From a candidate division WOR-3 bacterium UBA5631 (GTDB lineage Bacteria; Hydrothermota; Hydrothermia; UBA1063), in assembly GCA_002421425.1 (NCBI GenBank), contig DIJZ01000024.1, forward strand, positions 349-64,348: DNA of 64,000 nucleotides. The letters run 5' to 3'. The notes beneath the pieces were generated by a model that saw only the letters and a program-made list of their open reading frames with translations, ran no database searches and was not told where the DNA came from. Shown here one piece after another: positions 50,790 through 61,129 of the stretch. Position 1 is the stretch's first letter. Each line of letters begins with the position of its first letter. The translations under genes were made by a program, and so were the position numbers.

Positions 50790-51741
50790 TTTTGATCTCC
50801 TTTTTGAGGATTTCAAACCCCGTGTTCACTGCGGAAATGATAGCATCCTGAGTTACTGTTGCACCGGTCACTACCTCTACCCCTTTAATGTTCAGTGGCA
50901 GAGCCTTTCCCTTCAATTTCTGAGAAAACTCTTCGAATTTTGTTCTATTGACAGCCACTTCAGAACCATCAAGAACCAGCAGGTCTTCAATTCTCGAAAC
51001 TTTTGTGTCTACGCAAAGAAAAACTGCGACACTATCACTGTACCCAAGCCCTCTTGCAATTATTCCATAGCCAAGAATTTCGCCTTCCTCTTCTAAGAAA
51101 TACAAGGACCCTCTTTTCTCCATTCTGACTCCTGGCATTACTTTCTGCAGGTATCCTTCCACTTTTACCTCCAGACTATCTTTCCCAGTCTCACCTGATA
51201 AATTCTCCTTCAGCACCTTTTGAGCATTATTCACTATCGCCGCCACAGATTTCGAAGATATAGTAGCCCCAGTAATAGCCTGTACTTGCGATTTCTTTTC
51301 AGGCTTCTGACCCTTTAACACCTCAATAGGTGGGGTAGTCCCCTCAAACTGCTTTTTGAAGCCATCCTCTACTATTCTATTCCCAAGCCCAGGAGTCTCA
51401 ACGTTTTCAAGAACTTCGATTCCAAGCACCGTGTCTCCACTGGGGTTGAATCCCACCATTAGCTTTATCGCGCCCTGAAATCCTCCACCGGTTATCATAA
51501 CACCGTAACCCAGAACTGAACCGTCGCTCCCTTTTGCAGTTAGAATTGAAGTCTTGTCATCAATCACCTGCTCCTCGTAGCTCTCAGTTCCCTTCACCAC
51601 TGAAAGGAGTGCCGTTTTCTTCGAATTATCCAGATTTCGCTGAATGGCTTCCTGGGTAGAGACATATGTGTATGCAAGAATACTTCCAGCAAAAGCGATA
51701 ATCACAGTAAGAACGATGATCATCCTGTATTCTTTTCTCAT
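50776..51741 (-). CDS. rnfG: Rnf complex subunit G with two FMN-binding domains
   Basis: It has an N-terminal TM helix. The first FMN_bind domain has ETPGLG and AITGATISS. The second FMN_bind-like domain ends VVTGATVTQ. I start at ATG 51741, adjacent to the rnfD stop. Confidence 0.7.
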   Translation of the reverse strand: MRKEYRMIIVLTVIIAFAGSILAYTYVSTQEAIQRNLDNSKKTALLSVVKGTESYEEQVIDDKTSILTAKGSDGSVLGYGVMITGGGFQGAIKLMVGFNPSGDTVLGIEVLENVETPGLGNRIVEDGFKKQFEGTTPPIEVLKGQKPEKKSQVQAITGATISSKSVAAIVNNAQKVLKENLSGETGKDSLEVKVEGYLQKVMPGVRMEKRGSLYFLEEEGEILGYGIIARGLGYSDSVAVFLCVDTKVSRIEDLLVLDGSEVAVNRTKFEEFSQKLKGKALPLNIKGVEVVTGATVTQDAIISAVNTGFEILKKEIKNGIK

Positions 51742-52694
51742 CTTCGAACCTCCCCAAGAATTCTTGGCTCCGTAAGCCTGTCTATCCATGGTCTTATCGT
51801 ATTCATTATAAGAATACTGAACATTACCCCCTCAGGGTAACCTGAGAAGAGTCTTATTAACACCACAAAAAATCCTGCGAATATCCCGTAGATAACCCTT
51901 CCCTTAGAAGTAATAGGAGAAGTAACCATATCCGTAATCATGTAAAAGGCTCCGAGCATTAGACCTCCTGACAGGATGTGGAAGAGCGGGTCTGGATACT
52001 TCGCTGGATTAATTAGCCACATAATCCCTCCGAAGAAGAAGACCGATGCGATGTAAGAAAGAGGAAGCCTGAAATCGACATAACCCTTCAATATTAGAAT
52101 TAATCCACCAATAATCAAAAGGAGTGCGGATGTTTCCCCCATAGACCCTGAGACATTTCCGAAAAAGAGATCTTTGTAAGGAGTGAGTACCTTCATAAAT
52201 TTGAAAGTAGCAAGAGGAGTGGCACCTGTAAAAGTGTCGGGAGCCATAAGTCGCGTTGGCACCCAGGTAGTACCATCAACTGGGAAAGCTGCCATCAGAA
52301 ACGCCCTTCCAATTAGAGCAGGATTGAAGATATTCTGACCTATGCCACCGAAAAACTGTTTAGCAAAGACAATTGCAAAAGCCGACCCAAGGGCTGCTTC
52401 CCATAAAGGAAATCTCGGAGGAAGCGTAAGGGCGAGAAGGATTCCAGTAATTACTGCGCTTCCGTCAAGGCACTGTGAGACATCTCTTCCTCTTAATTTG
52501 AGAAAGATGGCTTCCACGACTACTGCTGTCGCAGCACTTACAAGCATCACAAGAATAGGATAAAATCCAAAGAAATAAACAGCCCCAGCAGCGGGAAACA
52601 GCAGTGTAAAAACGGTAAACCACATCACCCTTTTAACACTTTCTGAAGTTCTAATATGAGGTGATACAGATAAAATGAAATTTGGCTCACTCAT
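51738..52694 (-). CDS. rnfD: Rnf complex subunit D
   Basis: It is a polytopic NqrB/RnfD-like protein with the flavinylation-region motif …TGATPL…. I start at ATG 52694, adjacent to the rnfC stop. Confidence 0.85.
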   Translation of the reverse strand: MSEPNFILSVSPHIRTSESVKRVMWFTVFTLLFPAAGAVYFFGFYPILVMLVSAATAVVVEAIFLKLRGRDVSQCLDGSAVITGILLALTLPPRFPLWEAALGSAFAIVFAKQFFGGIGQNIFNPALIGRAFLMAAFPVDGTTWVPTRLMAPDTFTGATPLATFKFMKVLTPYKDLFFGNVSGSMGETSALLLIIGGLILILKGYVDFRLPLSYIASVFFFGGIMWLINPAKYPDPLFHILSGGLMLGAFYMITDMVTSPITSKGRVIYGIFAGFFVVLIRLFSGYPEGVMFSILIMNTIRPWIDRLTEPRILGEVRR

Positions 52695-54007
52695 GAGGCC
52701 CTCCTCAATTCCTGCTTCCCGTATTTGATCCACTGCACATGATTAATCTTTGAAGGACAGGCATAGGCACAGGATCCACACTCAATGCAATCCAGAAGCC
52801 CGTACTTTTCCTTCGCATCAAAATATCTTCCTGCTTTGACATACTCCACCAACATAAGTGGCAATAACCCCATTGGACATACGTCAACACATTTTGAACA
52901 CCTAATGCAATTGTATTCCTCAAATTTTTTAGCAGTCTTATGAGTGAAAAGCAATATTCCTGAGGTGCCCTTAATTACCGGGACATCCAGAGTATACTGA
53001 GCTATGCCCATCATAGGTCCACCATTTATAACCTTAACAACCTTTTCTTCCATACCACCTGTCATTTCGATGACATCAAGGAATTTCGTCCCGATCCTTA
53101 CAAGGTAGTTACCAGCGCCCCGGGCACCATCTCCCGAAAGAGTTAACACTCTCTCTATTAGAGGCTTCCCGTACCTCACAGCTTCGTAGATTGCAAGGGC
53201 TGTCTGAACGTTCTGAACGAGACACTTCACATCCATTGGCAAACCGCCCCTGGGAACTTCCCTTTTTGTAAGAGCCTTTATTAGCTGTTTCTCAGCACCC
53301 TCCGGGTACTTTGTCTTCACGATTTTGAGTTCAAACCCGTCAAATTCACCAATAACCTCGCTTACCTTCCCTGCAGCTTCTGGCTTGTTATCCTCTATGG
53401 CAACTATAACTCTACCCGCCCCCAAAGCCTTCTTTATAAGATATGCACCCAAAAGTACCTCTTTAGCCCTTTCCTGCAAAATTCTATCATCAGCTGTGAG
53501 AAATGGCTCGCATTCCGCACCATTAATAATTACCGTATCTATTGGCTTATCTTTAGGTGGAGATAGCTTCACATGCGTGGGAAAAGCAGCACCGCCCAAT
53601 CCAACTATTCCAGCCTCCTTTACAGCACTTACAATATCCTCAGGGCTGGATTCCTGCCAGTTAGCTCTTTCTGCAGGCTCCTCAAACCACTCATCCTTTC
53701 CATCAGGCTCAATCACAATAACCGGGGAAGAAGTCAGAAGAACTGGATGAGGATGTTCAATTATCGTTCTGATTTTACCGGAGGTTGGAGCATGGATATT
53801 TGCTGAAATAAAACCATCAGCCTCGGCTATCTTCTGGCCTTTCTTTACGTCATCTCCCCTTTTTACCAGGGGTTTTGCTGGCTTTCCCGTATGCTGGCAC
53901 AGAGGTATGAACAGAGCAGACGGGACTTGAAGCCTTTCAATTGCTTTACCAGTGGTTACCTTATGATAAGGGGGATGAATTCCTCCTGGAAATGTGTATT
54001 TCGCCAT
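52691..54007 (-). CDS. rnfC: Rnf complex subunit C (NADH-binding, 2x[4Fe-4S])
   Basis: It has GLGGAAFPTHVK, a C-terminal CIRCSKCVDVCP and CIECGSCAYACP. Confidence 0.85.
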   Translation of the reverse strand: MAKYTFPGGIHPPYHKVTTGKAIERLQVPSALFIPLCQHTGKPAKPLVKRGDDVKKGQKIAEADGFISANIHAPTSGKIRTIIEHPHPVLLTSSPVIVIEPDGKDEWFEEPAERANWQESSPEDIVSAVKEAGIVGLGGAAFPTHVKLSPPKDKPIDTVIINGAECEPFLTADDRILQERAKEVLLGAYLIKKALGAGRVIVAIEDNKPEAAGKVSEVIGEFDGFELKIVKTKYPEGAEKQLIKALTKREVPRGGLPMDVKCLVQNVQTALAIYEAVRYGKPLIERVLTLSGDGARGAGNYLVRIGTKFLDVIEMTGGMEEKVVKVINGGPMMGIAQYTLDVPVIKGTSGILLFTHKTAKKFEEYNCIRCSKCVDVCPMGLLPLMLVEYVKAGRYFDAKEKYGLLDCIECGSCAYACPSKINHVQWIKYGKQELRRAS

Positions 54008-54021
54008 ATTTAAGGCTCCTT

Positions 54022-54612
54022 TTAAGTCTTTTTATAATCTCTTCCAAGTTTAAAGGCTCTCAGGTTTGCATCTACAGTTTCTTTCTTCACACTTTCAGAA
54101 ATTACTTTCTGCCAGCTGTCTTCGCTAAAAGGCAAGTAGTTTGAGAGTGCACCAAGAAGCACTGTGTTAGCCGTTCTCGGGTCTCCTGCTTTCTTTGCAA
54201 GATCAGTAGCAGGAACAATAATGACATCAGCATTAACCTTTCCCCTGATGATACTCTCGATATCCTGCGGATATACGTCAAGTTTCATAGAAACCGTGAT
54301 TGGAACGATTTCAAGGTCATTAATAATCACTCTCGCACCATCTTTTTTAAGATAGTGAATCCACCGAAGAGCTTCAGATTTTTCAAAGGAAAGAATCAAA
54401 TCGCAGGAACCCTTTTCCACTAGAGGCGAGTATACTTTTGGACCCAGCCTCACATGACTTACGACACTTCCGCCTCTTTGAGACATACCATGAACTTCGC
54501 TCTTCTTCGCATCTAAGCCGGATTCCATTGCAACTTTCGAGAGAAGCTCAGAAGCAGTTAGAATCCCCTGACCACCTACGCCTGAAATAATTACGTTCAA
54601 AACCCTTTCCAT
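54022..54612 (-). CDS. iorB: indolepyruvate:ferredoxin oxidoreductase beta subunit (2-oxoacid:Fd oxidoreductase gamma-type domain)
   Basis: It has VIISGVGGQGILTASELL and is about 196 aa from internal ATG 54612. It lies directly downstream of iorA. Confidence 0.7.
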   Translation of the reverse strand: MERVLNVIISGVGGQGILTASELLSKVAMESGLDAKKSEVHGMSQRGGSVVSHVRLGPKVYSPLVEKGSCDLILSFEKSEALRWIHYLKKDGARVIINDLEIVPITVSMKLDVYPQDIESIIRGKVNADVIIVPATDLAKKAGDPRTANTVLLGALSNYLPFSEDSWQKVISESVKKETVDANLRAFKLGRDYKKT

Positions 54613-54625
54613 TTCCCTTACCCCC

Positions 54626-56368
54626 TTAAGAGATTGCCCCGAAGGGACAGACCTGAATACAAAGATCACAACCGACGCAAAGGAGCTCCGAAATGAACGC
54701 TTTTCCATCCTTGATACTAATGGCAGGACAACCAAGCTTCACACAACCAAGGCACTTTTCTCCCCTGCAGATATCAGCATTAACTTTCCTTTTCGGTCTT
54801 AAAGACTGAATCTTTCTCTCTTCAGGTAGCAAAGCACACGGCCTTTTTGAAATTATTACTGCAGGCTCATCAAGCTCCATAACTTCCTTCAGCACTTCCC
54901 TTGTACCCCTTAAATCGTGGGGATCAACTTCATAGACTTTCTGAATACCGCAAGCTCTGACAATTTCTTCAATCTTTATAGCCCTGGTGGGCTCACCTTT
55001 CGCCGTTTTTCCAGTACCCGGATGATCTTGATGCCCCGTCATCGCAGTGATGCGGTTATCAAGGATTATTATTTTGGTAACTCCTTTATTGTAAACTACA
55101 TCAATCAAGCCGGGAATGCCAGTGTGCAGAAACGTCGAATCGCCAATTACACCAAATACCTTCTTCGAAAACTCCTTGCCCCTCGCCAGTTCAAAACCAA
55201 AAGCGTTGGTAATTCCTGCGCCCATACATATCGTAGTGTCAATGGATTCATAAGGTGGAAGCGCTCCAAGAGTATAACATCCGATATCACCGGTTACTGT
55301 GGCCTTCAGCCTCCAGAGGTTGTAAAAAATTCCAGTGTGTGGGCAACCGGCACAGAACACTGGAGGTCTCATAACCGACTTTATTGGTTCCGGGTGTGGA
55401 AGTTCCTCTCCCAGAACACCCTTTCTCACAACTTCCGGTGAAAGCTCATCGCAAAGGGGAATGTATTTCTTTCCTTCTACGCTAAAACCGAGGATTTTGA
55501 TTTCCTCTTCTATAAAAGGTTCATTTTCTTCAATTACAATAATTCTATCAACCATTTCTGAAAACTTCTTAAATAAATCAACTGGGAATGGATATGACAT
55601 ACCCAGCTTCAAGTACGTCGCATCTGGAAACACTTCTCTGGCGTACTGATAGGAAATCCCGCTGGTAACAATCCCGAGGGCGTGACTTCCTTTCTCAATC
55701 CGATTAAGTTTTGTAGAACAAGAAAATTCCTGCAGTTTCTTCAGACGCTCCTCAACAACGTAGTGCCTTACCCTGGCATTAGCGGGTAGGATCACGTATT
55801 TCTTAAAATTCTTCACGTACTCTTTTATCTCAGCTTCTTCCCTATCGCCAAGTTCCACTACGGATTTTGAATGAGAAAGTCTTGTCGTCATCCTGAACAG
55901 TACGGGAGTATCAAACATCTCGGAAATACTGAAGGCTTCCTTCAGGAAATCCTTTGCTTCCTGAGAATCTGATGGCTCTATAAGTGGGAGTTTTGCAAAT
56001 TTCGCGTACCTTCTATTATCCTGTTCATTTTGAGAAGAATGCATTCCAGGATCATCACAGGTAACCACAACAAATCCCGCATTGATTCCAGTGTAAGAGG
56101 AAGTGAAAAGCGGATCAGCAGCAACGTTGAGACCAACGTGCTTCATAGAAGTAATACTTCGAGCACCAGCGATAGCTGCTCCCATAGCTACCTCAAAGGC
56201 AACCTTCTCATTAGTGGACCACTCAGCGTAGATTTCCTTATATTTTGCTATATTTTCAAGGATTTCCGTGGAGGGTGTGCCAGGGTAGGCAGTAGCAACT
56301 TTTACACCAGCTTCCCACGCTCCTCTAGCAACGGCCTCATTGCCTGACATTAAATCTCTAACTGGCAT
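54626..56368 (-). CDS. iorA: indolepyruvate:ferredoxin oxidoreductase alpha subunit (TPP-binding, C-terminal 2x[4Fe-4S])
   Basis: It is 580 aa with a TPP motif GDIGCYTLG…GDSTFLHTG and a C-terminal CxxCxxCxxxCP pair. Confidence 0.8.
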   Translation of the reverse strand: MPVRDLMSGNEAVARGAWEAGVKVATAYPGTPSTEILENIAKYKEIYAEWSTNEKVAFEVAMGAAIAGARSITSMKHVGLNVAADPLFTSSYTGINAGFVVVTCDDPGMHSSQNEQDNRRYAKFAKLPLIEPSDSQEAKDFLKEAFSISEMFDTPVLFRMTTRLSHSKSVVELGDREEAEIKEYVKNFKKYVILPANARVRHYVVEERLKKLQEFSCSTKLNRIEKGSHALGIVTSGISYQYAREVFPDATYLKLGMSYPFPVDLFKKFSEMVDRIIVIEENEPFIEEEIKILGFSVEGKKYIPLCDELSPEVVRKGVLGEELPHPEPIKSVMRPPVFCAGCPHTGIFYNLWRLKATVTGDIGCYTLGALPPYESIDTTICMGAGITNAFGFELARGKEFSKKVFGVIGDSTFLHTGIPGLIDVVYNKGVTKIIILDNRITAMTGHQDHPGTGKTAKGEPTRAIKIEEIVRACGIQKVYEVDPHDLRGTREVLKEVMELDEPAVIISKRPCALLPEERKIQSLRPKRKVNADICRGEKCLGCVKLGCPAISIKDGKAFISELLCVGCDLCIQVCPFGAIS

Positions 56369-56440
56369 GAAAACCTCCTGGGGAATTTCTAAAGTTATAA
56401 TAAATATTTAAGAAATGAACAAATCGGTGAAAAACAGAAT

Positions 56441-56469
56441 GCGAAAGGCTGACTCCGTCAGCCTTTCGC
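56441..56469 (-). terminator. rho-independent terminator downstream of rplQ (13-bp perfect stem, 3-nt loop, U-tract on minus strand)
   Basis: GCGAAAGGCTGAC-tcc-GTCAGCCTTTCGC is a perfect 13-bp stem with a 3-nt loop. On the minus strand it is followed by ATTCTGTTTTTC. It overlaps the rplQ stop. Confidence 0.6.
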
Positions 56470-56847
56470 ATTAATCTCAAAAGGTTTTTGTGGCTTCTCG
56501 AGCAATTCCAGTATTGCCATCTGTGCATTGTCTCCCTTCCTAGGTGGGAGCCGCATTATCCTCGTATAACCCCCATTTCGTCCAGCGAAAAGGGGAGCAA
56601 TATCTTTAAACAATCTTTCCAAAACTTTCTTATTGCTAATAAATCTCGCAGCGTATCTAACAGCAGAAAGATCGTTATCTTTAGCGATGCTGATTAATCT
56701 TTCAGCTATCTTTTTTGCCTCTCTTGCCTTAGGTAACGTAGTCACAATTCTGCCATTAATAAATAAAGAAACAACTTGGTTCCGAAACACGGCTTCTCTA
56801 TGCTCTTTGACCATTCCGAGTTTTTTCACTTTCTTCAGGTGCCTCAT
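56458..56847 (-). CDS. rplQ: 50S ribosomal protein L17
   Basis: MRHLKKVKKLG…RYAARFI is typical L17. Confidence 0.9.
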   Translation of the reverse strand: MRHLKKVKKLGMVKEHREAVFRNQVVSLFINGRIVTTLPKAREAKKIAERLISIAKDNDLSAVRYAARFISNKKVLERLFKDIAPLFAGRNGGYTRIMRLPPRKGDNAQMAILELLEKPQKPFEINAKG

Positions 56848-56858
56848 TCTCCGTCCTC

Positions 56859-57875
56859 CTAGTCCTCAAAATCCTTAAGATTCATTCCAAAGGATAAGCC
56901 AAAAGCGTCAAGCTTTTCCTCAATTTCCTTAATAGATTTTTCTCCGAGATTACGCATCTTCGCTAAATGCTCTTTGTTCAGGGTTACGAGTTCTTTTATC
57001 TTTGTAATACCCTCATCCTTCAAGACATTAAGAAGTCTGCGAGGCAACTCCAGCTCGTCAATATCCTTTCCGAGGAGCTCTTTAATTTTCAGTTTTCTTT
57101 CCAGGTCAACGGTTGGCTTAATCTCTTTGAATAGTTCGGTCTCTTTCTGGAATCTTGAGAATACATCAAGTAGAAGATCAACAGAGTACTTCAACACCGT
57201 TTCCGGGGAGAGGGTTCCATCTGTCCATATCTCTAGTACGAGTTTCTCAAAATCGGTCCTTGCCTTTACCCTCACATTCTCAACGCTGAAATTCGCTTTG
57301 GTCACAGGAGTGAATAGGCCATCCATCATTATGTAACCAAGAGGCAAATCTGGAAGCTGTATCTCTTCCGCGGGGACGTACCCACGACCTCTAATGGCGA
57401 TCAGTTCCATATTTACTACAACATCATCCCCGGTAATAGTGAAAAGATGCTGTTCAGGATTTACGATAGTTACGTACGCTGGGAGTTTAATATCTTTCGC
57501 TCTATACTCTCTCTTCTCTGTTGCAGTAAGTCTGAGGGTAGCGACTGGTTCAATTTCGGGATCAAACTTCACTCTCACTTTCTTAAGATTCAATATGATT
57601 TGCGTTACATCTTCAAGCACACCCTCGATTGTGGAAAACTCATGAGCAACTCCATCAATCTTCACAGCAACAAGAGCATACCCGGGAATAGACGAAAGCA
57701 TCACTCTTCTCAGCACGTTCCCAATAGTATGGCCGTAACCCCTCTCGAGAGGTGAGAAAACAAATCTTCCAAAATCGTTTGTAAGCTCCTCTTTATACAC
57801 TCCGAGAGGAAACACATACTTTATTTCTTTAACAAAACTAAAATCTATTACTTCCAGTGGCTTATATTCCGGCAT
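56859..57875 (-). CDS. rpoA: DNA-directed RNA polymerase alpha subunit
   Basis: It has N-terminal and C-terminal alpha subunit domains (…LRRVMLSSIPG…, C-terminal …NCLK-type HhH region). Confidence 0.9.
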   Translation of the reverse strand: MPEYKPLEVIDFSFVKEIKYVFPLGVYKEELTNDFGRFVFSPLERGYGHTIGNVLRRVMLSSIPGYALVAVKIDGVAHEFSTIEGVLEDVTQIILNLKKVRVKFDPEIEPVATLRLTATEKREYRAKDIKLPAYVTIVNPEQHLFTITGDDVVVNMELIAIRGRGYVPAEEIQLPDLPLGYIMMDGLFTPVTKANFSVENVRVKARTDFEKLVLEIWTDGTLSPETVLKYSVDLLLDVFSRFQKETELFKEIKPTVDLERKLKIKELLGKDIDELELPRRLLNVLKDEGITKIKELVTLNKEHLAKMRNLGEKSIKEIEEKLDAFGLSFGMNLKDFED

Positions 57876-57884
57876 ATTCTTACC

Positions 57885-58514
57885 TCACTTAGAGTATAAC
57901 TCAACTATCAATGTTTCATTAATGGGGAAGGTAACATCGCTTCTTTCTGGCAACCTTACAACCCTGCCCCTAAAATGTTCTTTATCAAGTTCAAGCCAGG
58001 TGGGAACATCAAAAGCGTTCCTTTCCTCAAGACTGTCAACAACGAAGGCTACTTCTCTCGATGTCTCGCGAATTTCAATGAGGTCGTTTACGTTTACAAG
58101 ATAAGAAGGTATATTTACTTTCTTTCCGTTAAGAAGGATGTGACCATGTCTCACAAGCTGCCTTGCCTGATTCCTGGATTTCGCAAAACCGAGGAGATAA
58201 CAAACATTATCCAGTCTTCTTTCCAACAGACTCAGCAAATTCTCACCCGTATTTCCTGGCATCTTTCTGGCAATTTCAAAATATTTTCTGAACTGTGATT
58301 CAAGAACCCCGTAAATCCTCTTTACTTTCTGTTTTTCTCTGAGCTGTATTCCATATATGGAAAGCTTCTTTCTCATTGCGTTAGGTGGAGAACCCGGAGC
58401 TGATTTTCTTCTCTCAAGGGCACACTTGTTTGTTTTACAACGGTCTCCTCTCAAAAAGAGTTTGTTACCTTCGCGTCTGCACAATCTGCATTTCGAAGAA
58501 GTATAACGTGCCAT
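57885..58514 (-). CDS. rpsD: 30S ribosomal protein S4
   Basis: [16 protein letters not shown]…, zinc-ribbon type S4. Confidence 0.9.
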   Translation of the reverse strand: MARYTSSKCRLCRREGNKLFLRGDRCKTNKCALERRKSAPGSPPNAMRKKLSIYGIQLREKQKVKRIYGVLESQFRKYFEIARKMPGNTGENLLSLLERRLDNVCYLLGFAKSRNQARQLVRHGHILLNGKKVNIPSYLVNVNDLIEIRETSREVAFVVDSLEERNAFDVPTWLELDKEHFRGRVVRLPERSDVTFPINETLIVELYSK

Positions 58515-58519
58515 TTCTA

Positions 58520-58930
58520 CTAAACCCTCCTTCTCTTAGGTGGTCTGCATCCATTATGAGGAATAGGCGTCACATCTCTAATACCAATTACCTCAATTCC
58601 CGCCGATTGAATGGCTCTTATTGCCGTCTCTCTTCCCGGTCCGGGACCCTTCACCCACACTTCCACTTTCTGTAACCCAAGGTCTTTTGCCTCTTTCGCA
58701 GCCTTCTGAGCCGCTGCGCCTGCAGCGAATGGCGTACCTTTCCTTGTTCCCGAAAAACCAACAGTGCCGCCACTTGCCCAGGTAATCGTATTACCCTTCA
58801 GATCGGTGAAACTAATAATCGTATTGTTAAAAGTTGAATAAACATGCACTATTCCAACAGGTTCAACACTTCTCGCCTTTCTTTTGCGCTTTTGAGCCTG
58901 GGATTCTCTTGGATTCTTTGGCGCCGCCAT
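58520..58930 (-). CDS. rpsK: 30S ribosomal protein S11
   Basis: …[18 protein letters not shown]…[13 protein letters not shown]…. Confidence 0.9.
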   Translation of the reverse strand: MAAPKNPRESQAQKRKRKARSVEPVGIVHVYSTFNNTIISFTDLKGNTITWASGGTVGFSGTRKGTPFAAGAAAQKAAKEAKDLGLQKVEVWVKGPGPGRETAIRAIQSAGIEVIGIRDVTPIPHNGCRPPKRRRV

Positions 58931-58947
58931 ATAAATCGCACCTCCCC

Positions 58948-59325
58948 TTATTTACCAGCAACCTTTTTCTTCTTGAACATGTTGCCTCTTGGACCTTTTC
59001 GTGTCCTCGCGTTGCATCTCGTCCTCTGTCCTCTCACAGGTAAACCAGCCTTGTGCCTCAATCCGCGATAGCATCCAATATCAATCAACCTCTTAATATT
59101 CCGCTGTACCTCAGCCCTGAGTGCACCCTCGACCTTAAACTTTGAAACTTCGTCCCTGAGTTTTGCCACTTCTTCAGGGGTAAGGTCTTTTGTCCTCTTT
59201 TCAGGAGAAACTTGAGCAGCTTCAAGAATTTTCTTTGCAGTAGAAAAACCGATACCGTAAATGTAAGTCAGCGCAACAAAAACCTTTTTATCCCTCGGTA
59301 AATCAACTCCAGCTATTCTTGCCAT
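58948..59325 (-). CDS. rpsM: 30S ribosomal protein S13
   Basis: [15 protein letters not shown]…CYRGLRH…. Confidence 0.9.
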   Translation of the reverse strand: MARIAGVDLPRDKKVFVALTYIYGIGFSTAKKILEAAQVSPEKRTKDLTPEEVAKLRDEVSKFKVEGALRAEVQRNIKRLIDIGCYRGLRHKAGLPVRGQRTRCNARTRKGPRGNMFKKKKVAGK

Positions 59326-59333
59326 CTTTCCTC

Positions 59334-59447
59334 CTAACCCTGCCTCTGCTTGTGCTTAGGATTCTGACAAATAACCATAACTCGTCCTTTTCTCTTAATT
59401 ATCTTACATTTATCACAAATTTTCTTTACAGAAGATCTAACTTTCAT
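59334..59447 (-). CDS. rpmJ: 50S ribosomal protein L36 (not in ORF track)
   Basis: The minus strand translates to [37 protein letters not shown]. It ends with TAG. Confidence 0.8.
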   Translation of the reverse strand: MKVRSSVKKICDKCKIIKRKGRVMVICQNPKHKQRQG

Positions 59448-59515
59448 TAACAAAACCTCCCTTCGTAAAGTTTAAGAATTTTACAGCAAAAGCCTCAGAG
59501 TGTCAAAACAAATCC

Positions 59516-59734
59516 TTACTTATACCTAAATACAATTCGCCCTCTGGTAAGATCGTAAGGGGACAACTCCACCACCACCCTATCTCCTGGTAAAATCTTA
59601 ATGAAATTCATTCTCATCTTACCAGAAACGTGTGCAAGTACAATTACACCATTATCAAGGGCAACCCGAAACATAGCGTTGGGCAACACCTCTTTAATTG
59701 TTCCTTCCATTCTAATTACATTTTTCTTATCCAT
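59516..59734 (-). CDS. infA: translation initiation factor IF-1
   Basis: The 72-aa S1-like sequence …[14 protein letters not shown]…RIVFRYK. Confidence 0.9.
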   Translation of the reverse strand: MDKKNVIRMEGTIKEVLPNAMFRVALDNGVIVLAHVSGKMRMNFIKILPGDRVVVELSPYDLTRGRIVFRYK

Positions 59735-60488
59735 ATACCACCTTGGTCAAATTTTCAAAGCCTTCCCGTGTCACGAGAACCGTCTCTTCAAAATGAGCAG
59801 CCCAGGAGCCATCACGGGTAACGATCGTCCAGCCATTTTCTCTTTCCAGAACATCACCGTTTCCGAGAGTAAACATAGGCTCAATGGCAATAATTACTCC
59901 GTTGTTTAAAATAGGACCCGTCCCCGGCTCGCCATAATTTGGCACAAAAGGGTCTTCGTGAAGCCTCAGCCCTACGCCATGGCCACCCAGTGCCTTCACC
60001 ACACCCAGTCTGAACCTATCTGCAGTACTTTCAATGGCACTGGAAATATCACTAACGTGAATACCTTCTTTTAGTGCCATCATTCCATTTAAGAGTGCCA
60101 ACTTAGTCCCGCTAATGAGTCTGTTAATATTCAGGTCACTCTCGCCATTATTGAGAAAATAGGTCTTGGCTGCATCACTGAAATACCCCTTGTAATTCAC
60201 TCCAATGTCAACTTTTACAAGGTCTCCCTGCTCAAACTTCCTTTCATCGGGGATACCATGAACAACCTCGTCATTTAGGGAGATGCAACTGGATGCAGGG
60301 AATCCCCTGTATCCAAGAAATGCGGGTTCCGCACCCATTTTCGTAATTGACTCGTAAATGTATTCATCAAGATCCCTTGACCTGACTCCAACTTTGACAA
60401 ACTGATCCACCTTTTCGAAAACTACTCTTAGAATTTCAGCCGATTCTTTAACCATCTCAATTTCATGTCTCTTTTTAATATAGATCAT
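59727..60488 (-). CDS. map: methionine aminopeptidase type I
   Basis: It has metal ligands in …[13 protein letters not shown]…HGVG…IAIEP… contexts. Confidence 0.9.
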   Translation of the reverse strand: MIYIKKRHEIEMVKESAEILRVVFEKVDQFVKVGVRSRDLDEYIYESITKMGAEPAFLGYRGFPASSCISLNDEVVHGIPDERKFEQGDLVKVDIGVNYKGYFSDAAKTYFLNNGESDLNINRLISGTKLALLNGMMALKEGIHVSDISSAIESTADRFRLGVVKALGGHGVGLRLHEDPFVPNYGEPGTGPILNNGVIIAIEPMFTLGNGDVLERENGWTIVTRDGSWAAHFEETVLVTREGFENLTKVVYG

Positions 60489-61129
60489 ATCTTCAAAACC
60501 TCAAGCAGATTATGATAGACTTCGTCTGGCATCTTGTTTCCATCAATTCTCGTAATAGTTCCTCTTTCCTCATAATACTCTAAAAGAGGAAGGGTTTGCT
60601 CATAATAGACCTTAAGTCTGTTCTCAACAGTTTCTTCGTTATCATCGGCTCTGGTTACAAGAGATATTTTACATATATCACAGATCTCATCCTTTGAAGG
60701 GGGATCTGTTATCATATTATACACTTTATTACATTTAGGACACACTCTTCGTGCAAGAAGTCTTCTCTTAACTTCCGCATCAGAAACCTCAAAATAAAAG
60801 ACATGCGTGAGCTTTTTCCCAAGAACTTCGAGTAACCTGTCAAGGCCCTCAGCCTGGTTAACATTTCTCGGAAATCCGTCAAGGGTGAAGTCTCTCAAAT
60901 TAACGATCTTTTCTCTTACGAGCCCAATTATAATATCGTCAGGGACCAGTTCTCCCCTGTCCATATAAAGCTTGGCGACCTCCCCAAGCGTAGTCCCCAG
61001 TGAGACCGCTTCACGGAGAATATCCCCAGTGGAAATCTTCACAATACCAAAAGATTCTTGCAGCTTTGCTGCCTGAGTGCCTTTCCCTGCTCCAGGGGGT
61101 CCAAGGAAAACCAGTCTTAACCCCTCCAT
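60485..61129 (-). CDS. adk: adenylate kinase (Zn-lid type)
   Basis: It has a GPPGAGKGTQA P-loop and a Cys4 lid CPKC…CDIC. Confidence 0.9.
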   Translation of the reverse strand: MEGLRLVFLGPPGAGKGTQAAKLQESFGIVKISTGDILREAVSLGTTLGEVAKLYMDRGELVPDDIIIGLVREKIVNLRDFTLDGFPRNVNQAEGLDRLLEVLGKKLTHVFYFEVSDAEVKRRLLARRVCPKCNKVYNMITDPPSKDEICDICKISLVTRADDNEETVENRLKVYYEQTLPLLEYYEERGTITRIDGNKMPDEVYHNLLEVLKI

